A stretch of 50,362 bases of DNA, from the UHGV virus genome UHGV-0113347. One strand, 5' to 3'. Each line of letters opens with the position of its first letter. Within the stretch, counting starts at the first letter, position 1. Below are positions 41,256-50,362 of the stretch, one piece after another. The notes beneath the pieces were generated by a model. It had not been told where the DNA came from. It was given only the letters and a program-made list of their open reading frames with translations, and did no database searches. Source of the stretch: a virus. The position numbers and the translations under genes are program-made.

Positions 41256-42137
41256 ATGCTTTTACCCCTTTTCCCGCTACCATCGCGGCCAACTGAATTG
41301 ATCCAGTTCCGTCAGCCAAATATTGCTGATGCGATGCGTTTCAACTCGATAACACCGGAGGAACAAGAACAACAGACAACGGCGTATTTAAAAGCCTTGC
41401 TGGCTGAACCCGCGAAATATGATCCCCTGACATGGACGGCGCAGGACCGGATTACCGCGTTATGGTGGATATTTACTGGCTCCCGTGAAACACCGGTCGA
41501 GACATTCACCTACACCTGTAAACATTGCGGTAAAGAGCATTATTACGATTGCGATATGAATGCTCTGGCTGAAGATATCCAGGTCCTGGAAGTGGAACCG
41601 TTCATTGACGATATTGAGGTGTCTGTAGAGGGCGTGCCTTATCAATGGCGTATCGTGCCGCTTGATGGTTGGGCAATGGAAATGCTGGAGATGCGCCGTG
41701 CAGCATTGCCACCTGAAGACGACGCGGAATTCAAAGAAGCGATCGTTGATTTGCGTTTTTGGGAATTCGCTTATCAGTGTGAACTTTATAACGATGTTAG
41801 CGGTACTCGTGAAGAGCAGGCTGAGCGTCGTTATGAAACGATCAAACGGATGGCCATTGATACTGAATTTATGAAGCTGGCGGCACACATCCGGCTGGCT
41901 CATGAAAAGCTCGAACATGGTTTACCGTGCTACATCGATAAAGGCGAAATGCGTCTTCGTCTCCCGCCGCACAAATGCCCAAACCAGGATACAAAGGAGT
42001 CCACAGAGGGTGCGTATACCCGTCTGTGGGTGCCCTTTCGGGCTACCGATTTCATTCCACAGGTGGGGATTGAAAAGCTATCAGACCTTAGTGTCCAACC
42101 TGGTTTTGTATGGGGGTATACCGATTCAGGACGCTGA
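41256..42137 (+). CDS. hypothetical late protein (293 aa) with CxxC pair
   Basis: YTCKHCGKEHYYDCDMN cysteine cluster; immediately upstream of the tape-measure-like gene. Confidence 0.45.
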   Translation: MLLPLFPLPSRPTELIQFRQPNIADAMRFNSITPEEQEQQTTAYLKALLAEPAKYDPLTWTAQDRITALWWIFTGSRETPVETFTYTCKHCGKEHYYDCDMNALAEDIQVLEVEPFIDDIEVSVEGVPYQWRIVPLDGWAMEMLEMRRAALPPEDDAEFKEAIVDLRFWEFAYQCELYNDVSGTREEQAERRYETIKRMAIDTEFMKLAAHIRLAHEKLEHGLPCYIDKGEMRLRLPPHKCPNQDTKESTEGAYTRLWVPFRATDFIPQVGIEKLSDLSVQPGFVWGYTDSGR

Positions 42138-42218
42138 AAGGCTCACTGAATCCTATGCGTTTTTCCTGTTGGAGAAACTGGAAGAAAAACTTAAACCGAA
42201 ACGGTAGGCGATAAGATC

Positions 42219-45200
42219 ATGGAAAGAAAAAACGCCAACATTGACGATGTTATAAGGACAGTTGAAACCTCCAGCGCAAAAGAGCTGGAAGAGCTTGCTG
42301 GTATCCGGGAAGCTGTTGAAGATTTGAAAGGTGGGCGAGTTGCTACTGTTGATCCTGTCTCTCGCAGCGTGTCGGCATTAAATCACACAATCGAAAATTC
42401 CCGGCCTGACTTTGTGGCCAAAGCGCCATCAGTAGACCCTATTGTTGACGCAATGAAACGGCTTAATTTAGGGGACGTTTCTCGTGTAGTTCAGGAAGAT
42501 GTTGCTCAACAGGAACAGCGGGCCAAATCAACCACACCAAATGGTAAAAAACGACGCAGGAAGGCTATACCAGAGGATGTAAAGGCGCAACGGACCGAAG
42601 CAGCCGAACACGCTCGCGAAATGTTCGGTCAAAAAGGCGGTGCGCAAAAAAGCCAAAACCAACGCGATGCGCGTGGTCGTTTTATTGGAAAGTCAGGGAG
42701 TAAGGCCGCAGCGGAAGATGCCCGTGCTGAACGAGCAGAAAAGGCCAGGCGAAAAGAGGATGATGAGCGTCTAAATGCTGAATCAGGTTTATTAAAAAAA
42801 CTGTCAAAAGTAGCTGAAGGCATAGGTAACCCTTCAGAGACTCGTGCCGTCGATGCGTTAGGTTATGCCGTTGCTGGTCCATTGTGGGCCGCAGGGAAGG
42901 AGCTTGGCGGGATATCAAAAGAAGTTGGTGGATCGCTTAATGGTGCCAGAAAGTCTATTGCCGATGTGATTCGTGGCAATGACGATAACAGCCGTAGAAA
43001 AGGTTTTTTTAGGCGTAAATCGCAAAATAGTGCCGATGTCGTTCAGGTTAACACCCAAAAACGGACGGTTCAGGAACTTCAGGATCAGACCAGCGAAATT
43101 AAAGAGGGCAATGACAAGATTCTCAGCGCCCTTGATCAGATAGCCAAAAACACCGGGAAAAAGAAGGGCGGCTTGCTGTCCAAATTATTTAGCCTGTTAG
43201 GGAAGGGGGCCGGTGGCGTCGCGTCGTTGTTAATGGGGCGTGGCATGCTGAAAAAAGCTGGAGCACTCGCTTTTGGCGCTCTGGGGGCAAAGAAACTTGT
43301 AGGAATGCTACGCGGTGGTGGCAAGAAGACTCTCGCCCATGAAGGCGGAGATTTGGCTGCCCGGGCAGCAGGTAAACTTGGATTAAAGGCAGTTGGTAAA
43401 GGGGCGTTACGCGCAATTCCCCTAGTCGGCACAGTGGCTGGAGGTATTTATGATGCGGTAACCGGTTGGAATGATACAGAAGCGCAACGTCGAGCGTTTG
43501 GGCTTAAATCAGGACAAGATCCATCATTCCAGCAAAAAGCCGCTTATACGTTAGCTAATGTTCTTGATATGGGGGGACTGGTATCTGGTATTAGCAGCGC
43601 CATTGGTGAGGTTCTCAAATCACTTGGATTTGAGGATATCGGCAATATGTTGCAATCATTTTCGACGGAAAGTATTGCCCTGGCCATTGATAGTGGGATT
43701 ACCAACTTAGAAACATATATTTCTAACCTTGGCGACACCATTTCTACCAAGTTCGATGATTACACAGCAAAGATTGGTGATGCTGTTTCAGCATGGTTTA
43801 GCGATACATCTAATAAGCTGCTTGAAAAGCTGGATGCCATCAAGGACTTCTTTACTGTCGATAACCTGAAACAGGTTTTCAGTGATGCAATTGATAGTGC
43901 AATTGATTTCATTCAGAACCCAGGGAAACACATTAAAGAGGCGGCTGGTAATATTTGGGATGGGGTTAAAAATTTACCAGGTAAAGCATTAGATGCAGCG
44001 GTTGATGCCGTTAAAAATACCCCTGCGGCAATGATTGTATCAAAAATACCCAATCCGATCGGCGAGGCTAATGCGAAAGAAATCACTCCAGAGTTAAAAG
44101 CTCCGGTTAATAGCCACCAGGAGACGTCTGATTCTAAAACTGAATCCGATGCCAAACAGAGTAATATTGCTACCCGCGTGATAAATGCGGCACTGGACAC
44201 GGCGAAAGATAGCAATAAAACAGTTAAAGAAACTGCTAATCAGATTATCAATGCAAATGCCGTAGAAACAGGAAATAAAGCAGCACAAACAATTGATGCT
44301 GCCTTGGGCCAGTCTGCTACAGGTAAGGAGGAAGCATTAAGTGCATATGAGATAGATAAACGTCGATTTAACAATGGCAAGGATGTTTCTTTGCCAAAAT
44401 TAAATGCTGCCGGATACCAATGGATTTCTGACAATGCCGATTATTTTGATGAGCTTGAACGTAAGTATGGGCTTGAAAAAGGGATTCTGTCAGCAGTTGC
44501 TTCCGCAGAGTCTAGTGCAGGCCAGAGAACTGGAAATCCAGTAGACAAAAACGGGAACAAACTTTCATCTGCCCTTGGGGCTTTTCAGATCACTAAAGGT
44601 ACAAGGGAGGATCTTGGACTCAGCGATGCTGATGCCATGGATACACGAAAAGCAGCTGATGGTGCCGCCAGATACCTAAGTATCCTGATGAACCGTTATA
44701 ACGGTGATCAGGGTCGTGCAATAGCTGCCTATCATGCTGGTATGGGGCATGTTGATAAGGGGAGAGTAGTCGCCGGTACCGGCGAATATGTTACTCGTGT
44801 CAGAGGGTATCAGCAGATGCTCAATAATGGTGCCGTTTATGGCTCTAAGGTAGATCATAGCGCACCAGCAATTCACGAAAAGATACCTGATAACGCTGTT
44901 ATCGATCAGTCTACTGGCCTGGCGTTTACCCCTGGTGATAGCCCGTTTGAGAAAGGCGGTCTGGTAGACAAAATTGGCAATGCTGTTGGTGTTAACGATC
45001 TGGTCAACAAATTCATGAATGGCCGGGGTATGCGTCGGGAAGTCGTTCAGGGAACGCTCGAAGAACGTGCACGAGGGAAGGGGACCGCAACAGCAGCTGG
45101 CAATGTGTATGTTGATACTCCGATGCCAGTCGAAGAGGCGCGTCCGGTGGCCAGCAACTCAAGTTACTTTGACCAACTCGGCGCACAAATGGGGATTGAT

Positions 45201-45593
45201 GGACTATTCGATAAACTCCGCAACTCGCCGGGGATGCGGAAAAATAATGTGCCTGAACCAGCCTCCACGTCCCAGGTGACGACTGCCGCCAACGATTTGC
45301 AGCAACCAACCGGTCGTATGCAGATAGACGGACAGGTTATTAGTGACCTTGGCGGCTCCGGTGCCAAGCCGACAATGCAGTTGGCTGATAATACCGTTTC
45401 ACTTGATGGTGAAACGAAGCGGCTGTTTGCGCAGATGACCTCATTGCTTGCCAGGATTGAAGAGCACACTAAAGACTCGGCGAAAGGCCAGGGAACTGTC
45501 GTAAAGGTCAGCACGCCTCAACCGGGCGTTATGCGCACGGTGCCACTGTCAATTGATGATCCGTTGATGAATGACTACGCGAGAGTTGATTGA
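42219..45593 (+). CDS. sit: tape-measure/ejection protein with soluble lytic transglycosylase domain (P1 Sit-like)
   Basis: 1124 aa; Gly/Lys/Ala-rich membrane-interacting repeats in N-terminal third; SLT-like segment SAVASAESSAGQ...GAFQI...AAYHAGMG around 44.47-44.76 kb. Confidence 0.75.
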   Translation: MERKNANIDDVIRTVETSSAKELEELAGIREAVEDLKGGRVATVDPVSRSVSALNHTIENSRPDFVAKAPSVDPIVDAMKRLNLGDVSRVVQEDVAQQEQRAKSTTPNGKKRRRKAIPEDVKAQRTEAAEHAREMFGQKGGAQKSQNQRDARGRFIGKSGSKAAAEDARAERAEKARRKEDDERLNAESGLLKKLSKVAEGIGNPSETRAVDALGYAVAGPLWAAGKELGGISKEVGGSLNGARKSIADVIRGNDDNSRRKGFFRRKSQNSADVVQVNTQKRTVQELQDQTSEIKEGNDKILSALDQIAKNTGKKKGGLLSKLFSLLGKGAGGVASLLMGRGMLKKAGALAFGALGAKKLVGMLRGGGKKTLAHEGGDLAARAAGKLGLKAVGKGALRAIPLVGTVAGGIYDAVTGWNDTEAQRRAFGLKSGQDPSFQQKAAYTLANVLDMGGLVSGISSAIGEVLKSLGFEDIGNMLQSFSTESIALAIDSGITNLETYISNLGDTISTKFDDYTAKIGDAVSAWFSDTSNKLLEKLDAIKDFFTVDNLKQVFSDAIDSAIDFIQNPGKHIKEAAGNIWDGVKNLPGKALDAAVDAVKNTPAAMIVSKIPNPIGEANAKEITPELKAPVNSHQETSDSKTESDAKQSNIATRVINAALDTAKDSNKTVKETANQIINANAVETGNKAAQTIDAALGQSATGKEEALSAYEIDKRRFNNGKDVSLPKLNAAGYQWISDNADYFDELERKYGLEKGILSAVASAESSAGQRTGNPVDKNGNKLSSALGAFQITKGTREDLGLSDADAMDTRKAADGAARYLSILMNRYNGDQGRAIAAYHAGMGHVDKGRVVAGTGEYVTRVRGYQQMLNNGAVYGSKVDHSAPAIHEKIPDNAVIDQSTGLAFTPGDSPFEKGGLVDKIGNAVGVNDLVNKFMNGRGMRREVVQGTLEERARGKGTATAAGNVYVDTPMPVEEARPVASNSSYFDQLGAQMGIDGLFDKLRNSPGMRKNNVPEPASTSQVTTAANDLQQPTGRMQIDGQVISDLGGSGAKPTMQLADNTVSLDGETKRLFAQMTSLLARIEEHTKDSAKGQGTVVKVSTPQPGVMRTVPLSIDDPLMNDYARVD

Positions 45594-45949
45594 TGGCCAA
45601 CAATAATGAAATTGATCCTTTACTGACGCTGGAGTTATCCGGCGTAAAAACGTATGAGTCCCAGGAGGAGGCCTGGGGCGCTCGTTTATATGAGTGGCTA
45701 AACACTTATCAGGGTGAGGTATACGGAGATCCGTCATGGGGCAATGTTTTACCGCAGTTTAAACACGAACCGACCAACTTGTCGCATGTTCAAATTGCGG
45801 TTGAGGCAATGCTGTTGCAAAAACTGACGGTAGATTTACCTGACATACCGATTTCTGGCTTGTCAGTAGCCGAGGGAGATGCTTTTGATAAGTTGAAAAT
45901 ATCCATTCGTATCAGGGATATAACTATCACACAGGACGTGGTGCTATGA
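45590..45949 (+). CDS. baseplate wedge protein, gp25/GpW-like
   Basis: 119 aa; LYEWLNTYQGEVYGDPSWGNVLPQF resembles the GpW/gp25 motif; ATGA coupling to sit. Confidence 0.45.
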   Translation: MMANNNEIDPLLTLELSGVKTYESQEEAWGARLYEWLNTYQGEVYGDPSWGNVLPQFKHEPTNLSHVQIAVEAMLLQKLTVDLPDIPISGLSVAEGDAFDKLKISIRIRDITITQDVVL

Positions 45950-47379
45950 GTAAAACAACACCGACTAAAGACAGTATTCGTGCAGAGTTTGAAGAGCTTG
46001 TCGAGAAAGATTCATTCTGGTCGAAGTTTGTCGGCTCTCAATTTGTCTCGATGCTGACATTGTTTATTACCCAGATTGTCTACAGGTGCTTTCAGTATGC
46101 CGATGCGGCGCTGGCTGAAGGCTTTATATCGACCGCGACGCGGCGTTCCTCTATCCTGGCAGCGGCAGAAACGAATAGTTACGTTGGTACCAAGCCAACA
46201 CCGTCATCGGGGATGATTGAGATCACCGCCACAAGTGAAGATGCCCCAGCGGTAATCCCCAAAAACATGCCTTTAATATCTGACGACCAGTACCCTTACA
46301 TGACTATGGATGTATGCAGGTTGGTTGACGGCACCGGTACGGTAGAAGTGGCACAGTTGGAAATCCAGGAGGTGACATATACCGTTACGGCAGCCAAAGA
46401 ATTTCTGGAAGTCGTGTTATCAAAGGCTCTCACTGCTGTCTGCTGTAAGCTGGAAGTATTCGTGACGACCGATGGTAAGACCACGCAGTGGTCTTCCAGC
46501 ACTATGTTCCGGTTAGCCGGTAGTAAAAGCCAGGTCTACGTTGAGTTTTATAAGCCATCCGAGCAGTTGGGGGTTCGATTCGGTGATGGGCTAATTGGGC
46601 AAATACCGCCAGAAGGCTCGACCATTACACTTAAGGTATGGTGCACCAACGGAGATATAACCCTGGTTGCTGGCCAAAACCTGACTCCTGTCGATTCTGC
46701 GGCTAATTTAGCTAATTTGATTTCAGTTAAGACAACGACACCCATAACCGCAGGTACCGATGCTGAAACAACGGAGATCACACGTAATCGTGCACAATAT
46801 TACCTTGCCTATGATGATCAGGTCGTATGGGGCGGGGACTATACGTATTTTCTGGTGCGTAACATCCCGGGACTGTCCTGGGTAAAGGCATGGGGCGAAG
46901 GCCAGCAAGAGAAATTAGATGGTGCTTATAATGTTCGGAATATCAATAAGATATTTATTTCAGGATGGCATCCAAACAAAAGCCAGTCAGAGCTTGAAGA
47001 AATGATCCTGGCCGCCTTTAAGAAGGTGCCGAATGAGTTGAACAAGAAATTCTCGTATAAAGAGGTCAGAAAACTACCCTTTAAGATCACCATCACTGGG
47101 CGGATATCGGCAAGCCTGACCATTGAGAACGTGACTGATGAGCTGAAGTCGGCACTGGAAACAAAATTTGGGCGTGACTCAACTTTCTTTGATCCGAACC
47201 GTGTCGGCAAGTACATCCTAATCAAGAAAAAAGACGTTTGGGCATTTATCGAAACGCTGGGTTATTTCCGCGACTTTTATCTGGAATTTGTCGAGTGGAA
47301 TGAGTCCAACGGCTTTTACGATTTCGTTTATCTGGATACAGAAAACTCCACCTTTAATATTTCGTATGAGGAGGAGTGA
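45946..47379 (+). CDS. baseplate wedge protein (J/gp6-like by position and size)
   Basis: 477 aa, translationally coupled on both sides in the canonical W-J-I order. Confidence 0.4.
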   Translation: MSKTTPTKDSIRAEFEELVEKDSFWSKFVGSQFVSMLTLFITQIVYRCFQYADAALAEGFISTATRRSSILAAAETNSYVGTKPTPSSGMIEITATSEDAPAVIPKNMPLISDDQYPYMTMDVCRLVDGTGTVEVAQLEIQEVTYTVTAAKEFLEVVLSKALTAVCCKLEVFVTTDGKTTQWSSSTMFRLAGSKSQVYVEFYKPSEQLGVRFGDGLIGQIPPEGSTITLKVWCTNGDITLVAGQNLTPVDSAANLANLISVKTTTPITAGTDAETTEITRNRAQYYLAYDDQVVWGGDYTYFLVRNIPGLSWVKAWGEGQQEKLDGAYNVRNINKIFISGWHPNKSQSELEEMILAAFKKVPNELNKKFSYKEVRKLPFKITITGRISASLTIENVTDELKSALETKFGRDSTFFDPNRVGKYILIKKKDVWAFIETLGYFRDFYLEFVEWNESNGFYDFVYLDTENSTFNISYEEE

Positions 47380-48215
47380 TGCAGCGTTCCTGGTTTAATA
47401 ACCGGCTTACATCAGCTAAGCAAAAGTCATTACTTTATAAATCATTGGCTGATTTGGTTCAGTCAATGATGGACACCTTTGTTGACCCATGGTTGGAGCG
47501 AATTACCAACCGGAAGTCTATTTTCTCCATGAGCAAGGAGGATCTGGAGACTAGGACAAATGAACTTGGCCAGTTTTTTACTATCAGAACGTCGAATTCA
47601 TCTTCCGTTCCGATGTTGTTACAACAGCGGTTTGATGAGATCCATTTTAAGGGTACTGAACGCCCTATAAACCAGACAATTTATCGCGAATTTAACGGTA
47701 TATCGGTTTTATGGGATCCCATATATGCTCCGGTGGACTTTGAACGTCATCCCTATGGCACGGTCCTGATTCCAGAAAGCACACTGGAAACCACCGGCGG
47801 CACATTCGGCGAGATGTTTCTGACTTCCAGAGGAATGATCAGTATTCCCATAAACGACTTGGCCCGGACAATGGGTATTACTGGAACGATAGATCAGTCC
47901 GCAATTACAGAAGAAATTCTCAGAAAGTTTAATCAGTTCGTAAAGCCTCTACTGCCACTGCATATAGTGTTTGATGGGCTTACGCTCTATTTGTCGGTTG
48001 TTGTAAATGAACAGGCCGACATGATCACTTTGAATGAGATTTCTGATACCGAAAAAGCATTCTGCTGGTTTGAAACTTCGGATACAACTTCGCTTACTGA
48101 AGTTACGTCGATTAACGCCCCGATCACTGCAACGCCGGGCGGCACTATTGTGAAAGCAACGCCTACGTTTGATCGCACCCGCGCAGATGATTTGCTGTTG
48201 GATAGCGATGCGTGA
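47376..48215 (+). CDS. baseplate/tail-fibre attachment protein (gpI-like by position)
   Basis: 279 aa, start overlaps upstream stop. Confidence 0.35.
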   Translation: MMQRSWFNNRLTSAKQKSLLYKSLADLVQSMMDTFVDPWLERITNRKSIFSMSKEDLETRTNELGQFFTIRTSNSSSVPMLLQQRFDEIHFKGTERPINQTIYREFNGISVLWDPIYAPVDFERHPYGTVLIPESTLETTGGTFGEMFLTSRGMISIPINDLARTMGITGTIDQSAITEEILRKFNQFVKPLLPLHIVFDGLTLYLSVVVNEQADMITLNEISDTEKAFCWFETSDTTSLTEVTSINAPITATPGGTIVKATPTFDRTRADDLLLDSDA

Positions 48216-48293
48216 CAATCACCCCGTCCGCAGGGCGGGGTGACAAGTTACTTATCTTACAATGAGGCTTCACAACATTGATTAGGGAAAATC

Positions 48294-48728
48294 ATGTCTG
48301 ACGTCTCAACAAACCTCTATAAGAGTCAGTTGTTGGACTATTACTATCAGCGGCGCGCTGAATCGTCCATTAACAAAGGCTCTCGATTTTTAATCAGCAA
48401 GGCCGTTTTCGGTACCAGTTCACTGGTTACTAAGAAAGGAGATGGCACTTATGAGATTGGAGAACTGCCAAAGGCTTTCGATCTGGCAGAACTGACCAGT
48501 CAATTTTGCACCATCAACCTCGTCCCAACCTACTCAGGCGGGATAATTACTGTCCGAATGGACCTTGATCAAAGTCAGTTGCAGGAAGGGAAAAACTACC
48601 CATTCAACACTCTGGTTGTTCTGGATAACGAGAATAAGCCAATCGCCATTATTTGTGTCCAAGAAGACTCGCTGTATGTGGGCAAAACATATACCGCAGT
48701 TATGGCCATAAACTCGACTACAGCATAA
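48294..48728 (+). CDS. small tail protein upstream of tail fibre (144 aa)
   Basis: ORF with RBS directly preceding the tail-fibre gene. Confidence 0.35.
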   Translation: MSDVSTNLYKSQLLDYYYQRRAESSINKGSRFLISKAVFGTSSLVTKKGDGTYEIGELPKAFDLAELTSQFCTINLVPTYSGGIITVRMDLDQSQLQEGKNYPFNTLVVLDNENKPIAIICVQEDSLYVGKTYTAVMAINSTTA

Positions 48729-48739
48729 GGATATGCTTG

Positions 48740-50221
48740 ATGAATGACGTTACAGTTGTTACATCGGTTACTTACCCATCACCCGAGTCGTTGGCTCTGG
48801 TGGCTGATGTGCAATACCACGAACCATATCTGTCAGCCGCTCTAAACCGAAAATTCAGGGGAATTGTTGACCCGGGATTTTATGCTGGTTTCTTGCCTAA
48901 GCCTGGCGGTGGAATGAACCTGTTAATCACCTCAGTGGATGGTGATAAAACCGCTGGCGCGGCGTCAGTGAATATTGGTGAATTCTACCAGGTAACTATT
49001 CAGCAGCGTAAGGATATTTCTCTTGCACTTAGCGCAGGTAAGAAATATGCAATTGTGCTGAAGGGAAGATACCTCCTTGGAGAAGATTCTTATCAGGTTA
49101 ATACCGCGTCACATATTCATGCGGCTGAATTTGTTGCCAGAACCTATACCGATTCATATCAGTTAGGAGATGGGGAACTGCTTGTTTGTACGGTGAATAT
49201 CCCTGCTGGCGTATCTGCTATTACTCAGGAAATGATAGATGTATCCGACCGCATCGATCTCACGATAGGCATTGAAATTTCCGACTCTGTAACCAGTACC
49301 AGAAGTGATGTCGCTGCAAGTTCGCTGGCAGTTAAAAAAGCCTACGATCTGGCGAAAAGCAAGTATACGGCGCAGGATGCAAGCACAACGCAAAAGGGAT
49401 TAGTTCAGCTCAGCAGTGCTACTAACAGCACGTCTGAAGTGCTGGCCGCCACACCGAAAGCTGTCAAGGCTGCATATGACCTGGCTAACGGGAAGTATAC
49501 AGCCCAGGATGCAACCACGGCTCAAAAAGGGATAGTCCAACTCAGCAGTGCTACCAATAGCACGTCCGAAGTGCTGGCCGCCACACCGAAAGCTGTCAAG
49601 GCTGCATATGATTTGGCTAATGGAAAGCAAGCGGCAGACGCTACGCTCACTGCTCTAGCGGCACTAGCTACAGCAGCAGATAAACTCCCTTATTTCACAG
49701 GTGTTGATCGTGCCGCGTTAACTGCATTGACAAGTGTTGGACGCGCCATTCTTGGTAAGACCAGTATTCAGAGCGTTCTTGATTACCTTGGTTTGGGGGA
49801 AGGCTCTGCACTGCCTGTTGGTGTGCCCGTTCCGTGGCCCTTAGAAACACCACCAACTGGCTGGCTAAAATGCAATGGTGCAGCATTTTCTTCTGAAATG
49901 TATCCCAAACTGGCAAAAGCCTACCCCACCAATAAATTGCCGGATTTACGCGGTGAATTTATCCGTGGCTGGGATGATGGGCGCGGGATTGATGCGGGAC
50001 GTACCCTGCTTTCAGGGCAGGATGGTACAAGTTTTTCTCATTACGGAGGTAATTTCGACATTGGGTCTGGTCATTCAATCAATAACTATGACCAAATTGT
50101 TTCTAACCAACCAGGATTTTCCCGTTTTTCATTTGCAGGGCCTTCACGAGGTGATGGGGTTAATTATGTAACCATTCGTCCTCGTAACATTGCGTTTAAT
50201 TATATCGTAAGGGCGGCATGA
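48740..50221 (+). CDS. tail fibre protein with tandem 44-aa repeats and phage tail-collar-type C-terminal domain
   Basis: ATG at 48740 after AAGGA; repeats AYDLANGKYTAQDA..QKG.VQLSSATNSTSEVLAATPKAVKA; C-terminal LPVGVPVPWP...GWLKCNGAAFSS..YP.LA. Confidence 0.75.
   Translation: MNDVTVVTSVTYPSPESLALVADVQYHEPYLSAALNRKFRGIVDPGFYAGFLPKPGGGMNLLITSVDGDKTAGAASVNIGEFYQVTIQQRKDISLALSAGKKYAIVLKGRYLLGEDSYQVNTASHIHAAEFVARTYTDSYQLGDGELLVCTVNIPAGVSAITQEMIDVSDRIDLTIGIEISDSVTSTRSDVAASSLAVKKAYDLAKSKYTAQDASTTQKGLVQLSSATNSTSEVLAATPKAVKAAYDLANGKYTAQDATTAQKGIVQLSSATNSTSEVLAATPKAVKAAYDLANGKQAADATLTALAALATAADKLPYFTGVDRAALTALTSVGRAILGKTSIQSVLDYLGLGEGSALPVGVPVPWPLETPPTGWLKCNGAAFSSEMYPKLAKAYPTNKLPDLRGEFIRGWDDGRGIDAGRTLLSGQDGTSFSHYGGNFDIGSGHSINNYDQIVSNQPGFSRFSFAGPSRGDGVNYVTIRPRNIAFNYIVRAA
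49337..49630 (+). repeat. in-frame 132-bp tandem repeat (~2.3 copies) inside tail-fibre gene
   Basis: gctgtcaaggctgcatatga at 49460 and 49592; diverged first copy from ~49337. Confidence 0.7.
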
Positions 50222-50362
50222 AAACGTTGGTTTAGGAGAAGGCTCGGCGCTGCCCGTTGGTGTACCTGTTCCATGGCCCTCAGCCACACCTCCAACGGGG
50301 TGGCTGAAATGCAATGGTGCAGCATTTTCTTCTGAAAAGTACCCAAATCTGGCAAAGGTTTA
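50211..50362 (+). other. start-less second copy of the tail-fibre receptor-domain block (alternative C-terminal module, truncated by window end)
   Basis: 50226-50362 is ~85% identical to 49793-49925 with mostly synonymous differences; encodes GLGEGSALPVGVPVPWPSATPPTGWLKCNGAAFSSEKYPNLAKV in the +1 frame, open only from the TAA at 50208, with no ATG/GTG/TTG. Confidence 0.5.

Noticed and set aside
50205-50225. Programmed +1 frameshift at the tail-fibre stop codon to read into the downstream module
   Set aside because: The P-site codon GCA cannot re-pair in the +1 frame and no slippery heptamer or stimulatory Shine-Dalgarno is evident; recombination between the homologous blocks is the more economical explanation, though frameshifting is not excluded.
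49793-50362. Diversity-generating retroelement (template/variable repeat) at the tail-fibre C-terminus
   Set aside because: Differences between the two copies are not adenine-specific and are mostly synonymous, there is no reverse transcriptase ORF in the window, and the repeat is not at the extreme 3' end of the fibre gene.

Overview
This window reads as a segment of a P1-family temperate phage-plasmid (my recognition of conserved P1 sequence features, not a database search). Directly visible: (1) a plasmid replicon with two DnaA boxes, a 5xGATC cluster, five 19-bp iterons, a 286-aa RepA and nine downstream iterons in 3+6 opposed orientation, followed by ParA (Walker A KGGVSKT), ParB and a parS-like site; (2) nine copies of the asymmetric 17-bp C1-operator-like motif ATTGCTCTAATAAATTT at operon heads; (3) a recurring late-promoter-like motif CAAATGACT-N5-TAnAAT before five plus-strand operons; (4) an immunity/lytic-replicon block (c4-like RNA region, icd, ant, kilA, repL) on the minus strand; (5) a minus-strand operon with a bifunctional C5-cytosine/Dam-like methyltransferase, an RdgC homologue, three tRNA genes, an SPFH lipoprotein and a DnaB-type helicase; (6) late operons for baseplate, spanin-like lysis proteins, large structural proteins, a 1124-aa transglycosylase/tape-measure-like protein and a tail fibre. 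The most interesting unexplained content is an enzyme-dense, C1-controlled minus-strand operon (2.2-7.9 kb), a start-less duplicate of the tail-fibre receptor-domain block at the window end, and a repeat-rich tRNA region with a tRNA-like element lacking an anticodon arm. Product names are motif-based inferences; no BLAST/HMM could be run, and many ORF-track starts use the most upstream TTG/GTG and were moved where an RBS supported it.
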